NCBI GenBank assembly: GCA_963674785.1
Contig: OY771555.1
Coordinates: 2,016,001 to 2,080,000, forward strand
DNA length: 64,000 nucleotides
DNA from: Caldisericia bacterium
GTDB taxonomy: Bacteria > Caldisericota > Caldisericia > JAAYUI01
Direction: 5' to 3'
In this document: in pieces, positions 10,602-20,671 of the stretch
How positions within the stretch are numbered: the stretch's first letter is position 1
Layout of the letters: each line of letters starts with the position of its first letter
Position numbers and translations under genes: made by a program
The notes under the pieces: model-generated
What the model saw: only the letters and a program-made list of their open reading frames with translations
What the model was told of the DNA's origin: nothing
Databases searched by the model: none

Positions 10602-11704
10602 TTGATTACTCTACTAATGAGCTGCCAAATATCCTTAGTTTTTATCTTTCTGTTTGTTCCCAGTTTCTTTTCATTTCGTGAAACTGTCAAGCTTGCTCTG
10701 AATAATGTTGCCTCACATGTCGGGCAGATTGTTGAAACAAATGCTGCACCGGTATCAAGAGCTGACTTTAGTCTGCGTTCTGCGATCTCTTTTACAGCAT
10801 CTTGAGAATGAGCCTGAAGTCCACCACCACCACCGCAACACTGTGAAAACTCACGATTCAATCTCATCTCTTTAATCTTGTACCCAAGTTTTTCGATTAT
10901 CTCTCTTGGTTTATCGTATTCGTTCATTCCTCGACCCAAGTGACATGGATCATGGAATGTCACCTCTTCACCAGTTGGTTCAATATTGAGTTTATCGAGA
11001 TTCTGAAGAATAATTTCAGTTGCGAAAACAACATTCTTCATCCCAAAAATGTCATTTAACGTTGCATAACAAGTTGGGCAAATCGTAATGATTTTTTTAT
11101 TCAGATATGGAGCGTAGACCTCCATAAATTTTTCTTTTGATTTCGCAAAGGCATCTTGATATCCGGTATGATAAAGTGCGTTTCCACAACATGATTCCTC
11201 ATCAATAATTGGATTTATTCCCATTTTACCGAGTATTTCCAGAATCAGATCTACATCATTTGCACGGTCTCGATACGCACAACCGAGATAAAGAACATAT
11301 TCCGAATCGGACTCATTCTTTCTCTGTCTACCAGAGCCAAGCGGATCACCAATTTCAACAATATTTTTTGCTACTGTGTCATTACCTTCGATTGTAAAGC
11401 CAGCTTCAACCAATTCATTTCTTAGAGCCTTGAAAACGCCATTTGTATCCAAAGCACATTTAGCCTGGCAATATCCACAAAGTGTGCACTGCGAAACAGA
11501 ATCAGCAAGGTCTTGCGAAAGCTCGAGTTCACCCTCGAGAAGTCCTTTTGCCTGAAGCATCTTTCCTCGGGATGCAAAACACTCAAGAAGTCCGACATTG
11601 TATGTTGGACATTCCTGAATACAAAACCCACATCGAGTTCTCACACATGTATAAATATCATCCCTTAATTCTTCCAGGTGTTTGAATTTACTCACTTTAT
11701 CCAC
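10598..11704 (-). CDS. GlcF/HdrD-like Fe-S protein (two 4Fe-4S motifs plus two CCG domains)
   Basis: CVRTRCGFCIQECP, CTLCGYCQAKC, CCGN, HDPCHLGR, CCGGGG. Confidence 0.9.
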   Translation of the reverse strand: MDKVSKFKHLEELRDDIYTCVRTRCGFCIQECPTYNVGLLECFASRGKMLQAKGLLEGELELSQDLADSVSQCTLCGYCQAKCALDTNGVFKALRNELVEAGFTIEGNDTVAKNIVEIGDPLGSGRQRKNESDSEYVLYLGCAYRDRANDVDLILEILGKMGINPIIDEESCCGNALYHTGYQDAFAKSKEKFMEVYAPYLNKKIITICPTCYATLNDIFGMKNVVFATEIILQNLDKLNIEPTGEEVTFHDPCHLGRGMNEYDKPREIIEKLGYKIKEMRLNREFSQCCGGGGGLQAHSQDAVKEIAERRLKSALDTGAAFVSTICPTCEATLFRASLTVSRNEKKLGTNRKIKTKDIWQLISRVIK

Positions 11705-13149
11705 CTGCTTTCAAATTTTTTGCCAGGATTCATTATGTTTTTTGGATCAAACATCTCTTTGACTTTTTTGATGTATTCGTAACTTGCACCATGCTCAAGT
11801 TTATTGAACCCCCCGAGTCTATCACCATCACCGATATAGGTACTCATTGTTCCTTCAAGCTCAATTGCTGATTCTGACATCTCTTTTACAAACTTGAAGA
11901 AATTTTCAACATTTTCCGAGTCTTTATCATCAACAAAAATTGCAAATGAAATTGACGGTGAAAGCTTCTGTGGACACTCATTGTAAACAGTCATCCCAAG
12001 TATCTGTTGATTATATTTCTCAGAAAGCTCGACAAATTTATCATGTATTGCAGGAACATTGCCGATCGGAACACCAGGGTCTGCTGCACCAAATTTACGT
12101 TCGCGCTGTGAATCAGGCCACTTTTGTTTGAATGGCTCAAATTGAAGCGTATGCTTACTCGCCCAGTATCCTGTTACAATTTCATCTTCTTCGACTTCGC
12201 CACCAATATCTTTAAACTTCTCTCGTATCTTTTTTACACTGAAGTCAACAACATCGCGATCACCTGCGACAGAAACAAAAAGAATTGCATCAGCCCATTC
12301 AGGGACATTTGGCTCTTTATTGTATTTTACACGGTAAGAATGTGTATAGAAATGGAGTCTCTGTCTGTTATTGATGTGTAGTGATTCAAGTTGAACACCT
12401 GCAGTAAGCAGTTCCTCACAAGCATAACATGCACCGCCAATTGAACGCATGTAAAAACCAAGTATTTCACGTTCTTTTGGGAGGTAATTAACTCTTAGTG
12501 TTGCTTCAGTTACCACTCCAAGTGTTCCTTCAGATGCAACAAAAAGATGCATGAGATTGTAGCCAGTTGATGACATAAGGGCTTTTCTGTGACCAAACTC
12601 AATTGCATCGCCATTTCCAATAACGGCTTTAAGTGAGGTCATCGCTTCGAGGATTTTTCCATATTTCATTCCAAATGTGGAGTCATTATCACAATTGATT
12701 GCAGCACCAACTGTTGATGCCTGTTTTGATTCAGGCTGATGTGGAAGCCACATGTTATGCTTTGCCAAGAATTCATTGAGATGCCAGATTGTCATTCCAG
12801 CCTGAACCCTTACAGACATATTCTTCTCATCAAATTCAAGAATTTGATTCATTCCCTTGGTATCTATCATGATGCCACCCTTCCAGGCACACGCACCACC
12901 ACCCATACCGGTTCCACCTGCGAAGGATGTTACAGGAATACCAAGTTCATATGCAATCTTTACGACTGCACTACACTCTTCTGTTGTTCTTGGAACCACA
13001 ACCATATCCGGGACGTCGTTATCTGTACTGTGTCTCGGACTCCAGTCTCTAGAATAGCTCATCGTATGAACTTTTGAGATTGAAACTCTATCACCGAGAA
13101 TCGGTTTTAGCTTTTCATATGCTTCTTGGATTATTTTGCTATCGATCAT
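11692..13149 (-). CDS. FAD-binding oxidoreductase (GlcD/VAO superfamily)
   Basis: AGGTGMGGG, SEGTLGVVTE, FDPKNIMNPGK. Confidence 0.9.
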   Translation of the reverse strand: MIDSKIIQEAYEKLKPILGDRVSISKVHTMSYSRDWSPRHSTDNDVPDMVVVPRTTEECSAVVKIAYELGIPVTSFAGGTGMGGGACAWKGGIMIDTKGMNQILEFDEKNMSVRVQAGMTIWHLNEFLAKHNMWLPHQPESKQASTVGAAINCDNDSTFGMKYGKILEAMTSLKAVIGNGDAIEFGHRKALMSSTGYNLMHLFVASEGTLGVVTEATLRVNYLPKEREILGFYMRSIGGACYACEELLTAGVQLESLHINNRQRLHFYTHSYRVKYNKEPNVPEWADAILFVSVAGDRDVVDFSVKKIREKFKDIGGEVEEDEIVTGYWASKHTLQFEPFKQKWPDSQRERKFGAADPGVPIGNVPAIHDKFVELSEKYNQQILGMTVYNECPQKLSPSISFAIFVDDKDSENVENFFKFVKEMSESAIELEGTMSTYIGDGDRLGGFNKLEHGASYEYIKKVKEMFDPKNIMNPGKKFESRWIK

Positions 13150-13892
13150 ACATCCTCCTTTTCGAGATTTACAACTGTCTGATTATCTTCATTTGATACC
13201 CTTAATACTCCTGGTATCAAATCAGTTTTTGCACAAAGGGCAATATCTGAGGTTTTTGATAGCGCAGAAAGCCTTTTGCCGCTCTCTGAAACAACCAAAG
13301 CATCCATTGGTTTTGAATAAGTTCCGTGAACCATTTTTGCAATTGTCACACCATCATCAATCTCAAAATCCCTGATTCTTCCGAGTGAAATTATTTTGTG
13401 AATTAATGCTCCTGCGACATAAAGATCATCAACAGCAGCATCTCCTTCAATGCCAGAACAGATAACTGCGACACTTTTGTTTTCACATCTTACTATTTCT
13501 GCAACTTTTTCGGCAGTCGACGAAAGATTTAGCAACGATGCTGCAAATGTAATATCAGCCTTCTGGGCAGTTTCTGTTAAAGCCTTTGTTCCATTTGTTG
13601 TACAGAAAGCTACTTCTCGTTTATCAATCTTTTTGTTCAGAAATTGAGTTGGTGAATTCCCCATATCAAATCCAGGGTATTTTTCTCCCCCACTTTCACC
13701 TGCAACAATAAGCTTGGGGTCATACATCTTTTGCTCTTTTGCTTCCTCATAATCGGTGTACAAGGTAACTTTTTTTGCACCGGAATTGAATATTGCAGAA
13801 AGATTCGAAGTCGCTCTTAAAACATCAACAACAACAGCAACATATCCCTTTAGATTGGGAATCGGTCTTGACAATCGACAAGATATTTTCAT
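13146..13892 (-). CDS. comB: 2-phosphosulfolactate phosphatase family protein
   Basis: VDVLRATS, FDMGNSP, TTNGT and CSG motifs. Confidence 0.85.
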   Translation of the reverse strand: MKISCRLSRPIPNLKGYVAVVVDVLRATSNLSAIFNSGAKKVTLYTDYEEAKEQKMYDPKLIVAGESGGEKYPGFDMGNSPTQFLNKKIDKREVAFCTTNGTKALTETAQKADITFAASLLNLSSTAEKVAEIVRCENKSVAVICSGIEGDAAVDDLYVAGALIHKIISLGRIRDFEIDDGVTIAKMVHGTYSKPMDALVVSESGKRLSALSKTSDIALCAKTDLIPGVLRVSNEDNQTVVNLEKEDV

Positions 13893-13898
13893 GAGGTT

Positions 13899-13927
13899 AG
13901 TTTAAAATAGTGGGTTCAATCTTTCAA
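13899..13927 (-). promoter_or_regulatory. sigma70 promoter, leaderless
   Basis: TTGAAA-N17-TAAACT, 6 nt before ATG 13892, no SD. Confidence 0.7.
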
Positions 13928-13941
13928 GCAAATCGAAATTT

Positions 13942-15198
13942 CTATTTTCCAATCATAATTCTGATATTTGTCCAATATCTAACCCTACTTTTTCCGGAAT
14001 CATCCAATTCACCATTGACCTCAGATGTTGTTCTCCAACTTCTTCCAAAATCATCTGACACATAGTATCTAAATGATGAGGTGTAATCTGACTGTTCAAA
14101 ACGAGGTCTAATGAATCCGTTAAAAAAGGGTGGCAAACCCATAAATGGAGGAATGACAATCTCCCCATCCTCCAAGATTGATTGTCTTTCCAAATCAAGC
14201 TTTGAGGAATCTGGATGACCAATAATCATTACCGATCCATCACCTATTAAATTAGAATCCTTGATATAACTATCCATAAAGATTGCATGATTGACAGGAA
14301 TTATCTTTACCCCACCTCTTAAATATCCATCAATATCTTCTTCAATGAATCCATACCAGCCTGAAGTGGAAAGAATAATTTCACCCGGAGTAACAGAGCA
14401 AACCTGTCCAATTTCTGCATACTCTGAACCAGGAATATTCTCATGAGATTCGAGTTTTTTTAAAACTACTCCGACTTTTTTCCTCTCCTGCCCATCCCAT
14501 CTGACATAGACAGAGCCAGGTTCATCCATAGTCTGACCTCTAATTGTTTCACCCTCTGTCCAATTCTCAAACTCAACATAGGATAACTTTTTTGAAGGTC
14601 TTGTGACATCAATCATAATCAATTTAGGAGCAGTTCTAGTTGATGAAGCAAAATAAGTGTCCAAGGTTTTCCATGTTCCATTTTTCTCCATCGCATAAAC
14701 AGAATTTCCCACATATGGTGACCACTCGTTAAATATAACCTCGCCACCGGGACATCCAACAACAAGATCACCATCGGTGGCGACTTCTTCTTCGGTAAAA
14801 GGTACAATTTTAATTCCTGAGGTTTTCCAGTTCCCTGGTTTTTCTAGGTCATATGATCTATTTGGGCCACATCTAACAATAATTGAGTCTCCTCCACTGT
14901 ATACAACCCCACCTTTGCTACCATTTGATCCACCAATATAATGAGCAGACCAAAGCTCATCAGGGATAGTTAACGCCTTTTCGACCGGAACAACAACCTC
15001 TCCCACAACTCTGCTTTTCCCATCTGTTATTATCTTTATTTCACCATCAACTTCATTCTCAATTAAGACAACAAACATCCGAGACATTGAGACATCAAAC
15101 TCTTCTAAAGAAACAGGTTTTTCGCACTCAATATCAAAAGATGTTGAAATCGAAAACATCGAAATAACAAGGAGAAGGATAGAAAAAATAATGTTCAT
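13942..15198 (-). CDS. hypothetical secreted protein with internal duplication
   Basis: Long ORF with signal peptide; start moved to ATG 15198 because the TAGAAT -10 box overlaps ATG 15210. Confidence 0.7.
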   Translation of the reverse strand: MNIIFSILLLVISMFSISTSFDIECEKPVSLEEFDVSMSRMFVVLIENEVDGEIKIITDGKSRVVGEVVVPVEKALTIPDELWSAHYIGGSNGSKGGVVYSGGDSIIVRCGPNRSYDLEKPGNWKTSGIKIVPFTEEEVATDGDLVVGCPGGEVIFNEWSPYVGNSVYAMEKNGTWKTLDTYFASSTRTAPKLIMIDVTRPSKKLSYVEFENWTEGETIRGQTMDEPGSVYVRWDGQERKKVGVVLKKLESHENIPGSEYAEIGQVCSVTPGEIILSTSGWYGFIEEDIDGYLRGGVKIIPVNHAIFMDSYIKDSNLIGDGSVMIIGHPDSSKLDLERQSILEDGEIVIPPFMGLPPFFNGFIRPRFEQSDYTSSFRYYVSDDFGRSWRTTSEVNGELDDSGKSRVRYWTNIRIMIGK

Positions 15199-15298
15199 AA
15201 TAAAAAGCATTCTAAACTTTGAATGTTATGAAAACAAGGAAAGAGCTTGACATAACCCCTTATGATAGTAGCATATTAGTGATAGTAGGAGGTAGACA

Positions 15299-16237
15299 AT
15301 GTATGCCATAACGGGAACAATCGAAAATCTCGATCTCGCTGTGATCCTTCAGACAATGAATATCAGCAAGAAAACAGGATGTATGGAAATTAAAAGTGGT
15401 GAAGAAACATCAAGAATTTTCTTTGATGACGGAAACATAATCCATGCTGAAACAAAAACCCTCGACGGCGAAACGGCGTTTTACGATCTCCTCACAATTG
15501 ATAATGGAACATGGGGTTTTATTCCCGAGCTTGAATCCCCCAGAAAAACAATAAAGAGCGAAATCAACAGTTTACTTCTTAACTGGAGCAATCTCATGGA
15601 TGAATGGAACTCTATACGGGACAGACTTCCATCAGATGATGCAATTTTAAGAATTGCAGAAATCCCAGAAGATGAACGTGAACATCTGGTTTTTAATATG
15701 GAAGAATGGGAAGTATTAGATGTGATAAGAAAATACGAACTTACTTCCAAAATCTTTGAGATGAGCCGAGTTGGTAGATTCAAAACCAGTAAGGCGCTTC
15801 TCAAGTTCATCAGCATTGACCTTGTAAAGATTGAAAAACAAGACACTGAGGATGTTGTAAGAACAATTGATTTCTTAAATGATGTTGGTTCAGAGGTGGG
15901 CGAACGAAACTTAGGCACGAATCACTTCAGAAGAATTGTTGATAAATTTGCAGTTGAACTCGGAAAAAAATACAGTTTCATGAACAATCTCAGGCTTGAT
16001 AGTAACCTTAAGCTTGTTGGAATCGACACAAAAGGTATTTTAAACGAAAATATAATCGAGGCACTTTCTGAGTTCCTTTGGAGCATAATAGATTACATCA
16101 ACAGCCTTGTTGGATCACATCTCACATTTGACCACATGAGAAAAGTTATTAATAAGCACTTTGATCCAGGTGACGATCTTATGATCAACCTAGAGCTAGA
16201 TGAGTACCTAAAGTCTGACGGTAGGTCTAGGAGATAA
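15299..16237 (+). CDS. DUF4388-domain protein
   Basis: GTIENLDLAVILQ..KKTGCMEI..IFFDDGNIIHA..GETAFY..GTWGF; SD GGAGG. Confidence 0.85.
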   Translation: MYAITGTIENLDLAVILQTMNISKKTGCMEIKSGEETSRIFFDDGNIIHAETKTLDGETAFYDLLTIDNGTWGFIPELESPRKTIKSEINSLLLNWSNLMDEWNSIRDRLPSDDAILRIAEIPEDEREHLVFNMEEWEVLDVIRKYELTSKIFEMSRVGRFKTSKALLKFISIDLVKIEKQDTEDVVRTIDFLNDVGSEVGERNLGTNHFRRIVDKFAVELGKKYSFMNNLRLDSNLKLVGIDTKGILNENIIEALSEFLWSIIDYINSLVGSHLTFDHMRKVINKHFDPGDDLMINLELDEYLKSDGRSRR

Positions 16238-16241
16238 AAAA

Positions 16242-17639
16242 ATGAAAGTTTTTAACACAATGAGCCGTTCCAAAGAGGAACTGGTTCCTGTAAATAAAGG
16301 TGTAGTAAATGTTTACACCTGTGGGCCAACGGTTTATTCCAGAATACACATCGGTAATTTTAAAACATTCCTTTTTGAGGATATTCTTGTTAGATACCTC
16401 AGGTATGATGGATTCAAAGTTAACCACGTCATGAACATCACTGATGTAGATGATAAAACAATCAGAGCATCCAAAGAGAGCAACACTCCACTCGATGATG
16501 TAACAAAACCATTCATAGATGCATTCTTTGCTGATATGAAAGCTCTACATATGGTAGAGGCTGACCATTTCACAAGAGCAACAAGGCATATCGAGCCAAT
16601 GGTTAAACTTGTTAAATCACTCCTTGATAATGGCTATGCCTACAAAACTCCAGACGGGAACATATACTACAGTATCTCTAAATTCAAGAATTATGGGAAG
16701 TTAGCCCATCTTGACCCATCAACACTCATGTCTGGTGCCTCAAACAGAGTTGCGTCCGATGAATACGAGAAAGACTCTGTATCAGATTTTGCCCTCTGGA
16801 AAGCATGGACAGAAGATGATGGTGAAGTCTACTGGGAAACCGAACTTGGCAAAGGAAGACCGGGCTGGCATATTGAGTGTTCAGCAATGTCCATGGAATA
16901 CCTCGGTGAGACACTCGATATTCATACAGGTGGAGTAGACAATATCTTTCCACACCATCAAAACGAAATTGCACAATCTGAGGGTGCAACAGGGAAAACA
17001 TTCTCCAAGTACTGGATGCACTCAAGACACCTGATGGTCGACGGTGCAAAAATGAGCAAGTCTCTCAAGAATTTCTACACACTCGATGACTTGAAAAAAA
17101 TGGACATCACTCCAGAAGAATTCAGATTCTTTGTTGTAACAAATCACTACCAGACAAGTCTCAATTTCACACTTGATGCTGTAAAGGCTAGCGCAAGAGG
17201 AAGAATGGGGCTTATCGAATTAGTTGCCAGACTCAAAGAGGTTCAAAACGGGAGTAGCGATGTTGATGTAGACCCAATCATCCAAAAAATGCTTGATGGT
17301 TTCAAAGCTGGGATGGATGATGATCTGAATACTCCAAAGGCTATCTCACATATCTTTGACCTTTCAAGAGAAACAAACAAACTTATCGATGAAAACAAAC
17401 TCAGTAAGGATGATGCAAACAAAATCCTTGACGCAATAAACAAAGTAAACACTGTGTTTGCATTCCTTGAAAACTCAGAAGCTGAGATCCCTAATGATAT
17501 CATGAAACTTCTTGACGAAAGAGCAGATGCCAGAAAAACAAAAAACTGGGCAAAGTCGGACGAGATAAGAGATAAACTTGATGAGATGGGTTATACTGTA
17601 AAAGACGGCCCACAGGGACAGAGAGTCACTCGTAAATGA
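16242..17639 (+). CDS. cysS: cysteine--tRNA ligase
   Basis: CGPTVY, HIGN, GRPGWHIECS, KMSKS. Confidence 0.97.
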   Translation: MKVFNTMSRSKEELVPVNKGVVNVYTCGPTVYSRIHIGNFKTFLFEDILVRYLRYDGFKVNHVMNITDVDDKTIRASKESNTPLDDVTKPFIDAFFADMKALHMVEADHFTRATRHIEPMVKLVKSLLDNGYAYKTPDGNIYYSISKFKNYGKLAHLDPSTLMSGASNRVASDEYEKDSVSDFALWKAWTEDDGEVYWETELGKGRPGWHIECSAMSMEYLGETLDIHTGGVDNIFPHHQNEIAQSEGATGKTFSKYWMHSRHLMVDGAKMSKSLKNFYTLDDLKKMDITPEEFRFFVVTNHYQTSLNFTLDAVKASARGRMGLIELVARLKEVQNGSSDVDVDPIIQKMLDGFKAGMDDDLNTPKAISHIFDLSRETNKLIDENKLSKDDANKILDAINKVNTVFAFLENSEAEIPNDIMKLLDERADARKTKNWAKSDEIRDKLDEMGYTVKDGPQGQRVTRK

Positions 17640-18352
17640 GCGAAAACCAGATTGCTGGTAAAAATTCGATCCTTGAGGCTCTCAAATCCGGTACACCAGT
17701 AAACAGAATCTATATAAGAGATACCCTGAAATTTGATGAAACAATAAGAAGGATAACAAGACTTGCAAAAGAGAATGGCGTTCCATTTGACGTTGTAAAT
17801 AGCAGCAGATTGAAAAGTATCTCAAAAAATGGTCGGGATATTATCGCAACAATCTCACCTGTTAATTACTTCGAACTTGAAGAAGTTTTAAGCCAACTAG
17901 AAGAAAAGGCTGTACTTATCATTCTTGACCAAATCACTGATCCATACAATCTGGGAGCGGTAATCAGGTCAGCTGAATGCTTTGGAGCTGATGCTGTAAT
18001 AATCTCCAAGAGATCATCATGCCCAATAACTTCAGTTGTTACAAAAGCATCTGCCGGTGCCCTTCTTCACGTGCCGATTGTCAGAGTTACAAACATTTCA
18101 AACACAATAGACACACTTAAGAAACACGGTTTCTGGGTTTATGGAACATCACCAAATGCTTATGACTCAATAGTTGGATATGAATTTGCAGAAAGAACGG
18201 GCATCGTGATTGGTTCTGAGGGAAAAGGAATGCGAGACTCTGTAACCAAACACTGTGACATTTTACTTAAAATTCCAATGCATGGGAGCTTAAACTCCTT
18301 GAATGCATCGGTTTCTTCAGGGATACTATTATACGAAATAACAAGGGGGTAA
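17636..18352 (+). CDS. rlmB: 23S rRNA (guanosine-2251-2'-O)-methyltransferase
   Basis: SpoU motifs DPYNLGAVIRS, GSEGKG, IPM..SLNAS; downstream of cysS. Confidence 0.92.
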   Translation: MSENQIAGKNSILEALKSGTPVNRIYIRDTLKFDETIRRITRLAKENGVPFDVVNSSRLKSISKNGRDIIATISPVNYFELEEVLSQLEEKAVLIILDQITDPYNLGAVIRSAECFGADAVIISKRSSCPITSVVTKASAGALLHVPIVRVTNISNTIDTLKKHGFWVYGTSPNAYDSIVGYEFAERTGIVIGSEGKGMRDSVTKHCDILLKIPMHGSLNSLNASVSSGILLYEITRG

Positions 18353-18359
18353 ATCACGC

Positions 18360-19343
18360 ATGAAGATCGTTTTTGATCTCAACAGTAACGTTCCTTTCTA
18401 TAGGATGCCGTCTGATATTTTTGCCGCACTTGTCGAAACACTTCCAGAACACAAACTCCTAAGAGTCAAACACAAAGACCTTGATAGAGAAATCGAAGAT
18501 GCTGACATTGTTGTAAGTTATTGGCTCCCCCCAAATATTTTCAAAAAAGCGAAGAATCTCAAAGCTATTTTCTATGCAATTGATGGTGTTGGATATGAAC
18601 ATCTTTATCCGGAAATTCTGGATTCTGATGTTATTGTGACAAACTCAGGTGGATGCAGAAGTCAAGCGATTGCTGAACACGCTTTCGCACTTATGCTTTC
18701 TTCAAGCAGACAGATAGTAAAATCAAATTCAAGAATGAAGGCAAAAGACTGGTGGGGCAATTCCCTTGCAACAGATGGCTACGTACCCTTCGAGATTTCA
18801 GGAAAAACAATTGCTATTCTGGGACTCGGAAGAGTTGGTAAACGTATAGCGAAAATTGCCAAACTGGGGTTTTCAATGAAAACCCTTGGAATCAAAAGAA
18901 TCCAAGAACCAGTTGAATTTGTAGATGAAGTTTATTCAATGAGCAGCCTACTTGATGTTTTAGCAAAATCAAACATTGTCGTATGTGCACTCCCAAAGAC
19001 TGAACTAACCGAGTTATCCCTCAACAGCAGAGCATTGTCTCAAATAAACAGTGTCAGCATTTTTGTAAACATATCACGTGGAGACCTTGTTGATGAAGAG
19101 GCTTTGATATCATCAATAAAAGCGGGGAGAATTGCCAATGCTGGGCTTGATGTTTTTGACACTGAGCCAATTGACCCCAACTCTCCGCTTCTTTCGATGC
19201 CGCAGATAATCACAACACCGCATTCAGCAGGAATGACACCCGAATTCTGGCCAAGATTTGCAAGGCTTGTACGTGAAAATATCATCAGAATGAGTAAATC
19301 TGAAACCCCAACAAACATAGTTGACAAACAGCTGGGTTATTAA
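18360..19343 (+). CDS. D-2-hydroxyacid dehydrogenase
   Basis: GLGRVG, NISRG, LDVFDTEP, TPHSAG. Confidence 0.9.
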   Translation: MKIVFDLNSNVPFYRMPSDIFAALVETLPEHKLLRVKHKDLDREIEDADIVVSYWLPPNIFKKAKNLKAIFYAIDGVGYEHLYPEILDSDVIVTNSGGCRSQAIAEHAFALMLSSSRQIVKSNSRMKAKDWWGNSLATDGYVPFEISGKTIAILGLGRVGKRIAKIAKLGFSMKTLGIKRIQEPVEFVDEVYSMSSLLDVLAKSNIVVCALPKTELTELSLNSRALSQINSVSIFVNISRGDLVDEEALISSIKAGRIANAGLDVFDTEPIDPNSPLLSMPQIITTPHSAGMTPEFWPRFARLVRENIIRMSKSETPTNIVDKQLGY

Positions 19344-19358
19344 TCGTCCCGAAAGGAG

Positions 19359-20279
19359 ATGCGAATGGTTCTTGACTGGTTATATTCACCTTACCGCTCT
19401 GGGGGTTGGATCGCAAGAGAGGCTGCAGAAATCTACGGATTAAAGCTCAAAGAATGGAAACTCTCAGAAATAAAAGATGCCGGACTTGTAATGCTCCCAA
19501 TGCACATCACAAAAACTGTAAAGGAAATTCGCAATGATCATCTCCACACAAGTATTCAAGGTGCTGAGCCTCAGTTTTTCCTGGATAGAAAACCAATCGG
19601 CACCCATCTAAACTGGGAATCCTTATCATTTACACTCGAGAATGCTGGGCTTAAAGCAAGCCGCAAGCCAAACATCCCAGAAACAACCTCACATCCGAGA
19701 CTCGAATCAAATAGAAGCGACCCTGCTGTAATGGTAAAACCAGTCACCCAAAGAGACATTGCAGGCCAAGGGCTTCCATCACCAACACCGTGTGTCGATT
19801 CGAGATTTGGTATACTTGGTAGTCCCGAGGTCACCGATTTTTTACTTGAAAAAACAAGACAATATGGAAGGGCGATGTCCATAGCCTTCATTGGTGCAGA
19901 GGTAGCAGGATACATCACCCACTTTCCAAAACCAGTTTGCTGGCGAATTGGTTGCAGACACGTTACAAATGTACAAGACATTAAAACCCTTCAAATAATT
20001 GATTTTTATGTATACCCTAAATTCAGGGATAGGGATGATGTAAAAGAGAAACTTCTTGTCCACACTCATGGTTTCGGGAAAAAATCGAGGCTCAATAAAA
20101 TCGAGGTTTTTGCGTCTACAAAAAAACCTGGAAATCCTGATAATGAAATCGCAACAGGCGACATGAAACCTTATATTGATTTTGGCTTCTTAAAAAGAAG
20201 AGAGGTTGTTCCTGTGAATGAAAAATCAAACAACCTGGAAGAAAAATACGGAATAACTCATCTTACTTTCTCAATATGA
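19359..20279 (+). CDS. hypothetical protein with C-terminal GNAT-like fold
   Basis: 306-aa ORF in the operon; VAGYI...IIDFYVYPKFR..YIDFGF resembles GNAT motifs. Confidence 0.55.
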   Translation: MRMVLDWLYSPYRSGGWIAREAAEIYGLKLKEWKLSEIKDAGLVMLPMHITKTVKEIRNDHLHTSIQGAEPQFFLDRKPIGTHLNWESLSFTLENAGLKASRKPNIPETTSHPRLESNRSDPAVMVKPVTQRDIAGQGLPSPTPCVDSRFGILGSPEVTDFLLEKTRQYGRAMSIAFIGAEVAGYITHFPKPVCWRIGCRHVTNVQDIKTLQIIDFYVYPKFRDRDDVKEKLLVHTHGFGKKSRLNKIEVFASTKKPGNPDNEIATGDMKPYIDFGFLKRREVVPVNEKSNNLEEKYGITHLTFSI

Positions 20280-20671
20280 TCAGAGTTGATAAGAATCATT
20301 TTTCCGAATTAATCGAAGAGGCATGGAACAATTTGCCGTCTGAATGGCAGGAAAAACTTGCTGATGCAAACATTTCATATCAGGTCATGAATTTCGCAAC
20401 CCCCGAGATTCTTCAAAAAATGAATATTCCAAATTCAATGAGTTTGCTTGGGTTGTATACTGGAACCCCAATTACAGCAAGACCAAGTTTTTCACCCTAC
20501 TCATGGCCAGATAGAATTCTTCTTTTTCAGATTCCAATTCAAAGCAGGGCAAGAAATTTAGATCATCTGAAAGAGATTATCGCCCATGTTCTCTATCATG
20601 AGATTGGGCATTATTTTGGTATGGATGAAGACCAACTCCATGAAGCCCAAAAGAAAAATAACCCGCTTTAG
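20276..20671 (+). CDS. zincin-like metallopeptidase family protein (Zincin_1)
   Basis: LLGLYTG..PDRILLF..HEIGHYFG. Confidence 0.9.
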   Translation: MIRVDKNHFSELIEEAWNNLPSEWQEKLADANISYQVMNFATPEILQKMNIPNSMSLLGLYTGTPITARPSFSPYSWPDRILLFQIPIQSRARNLDHLKEIIAHVLYHEIGHYFGMDEDQLHEAQKKNNPL

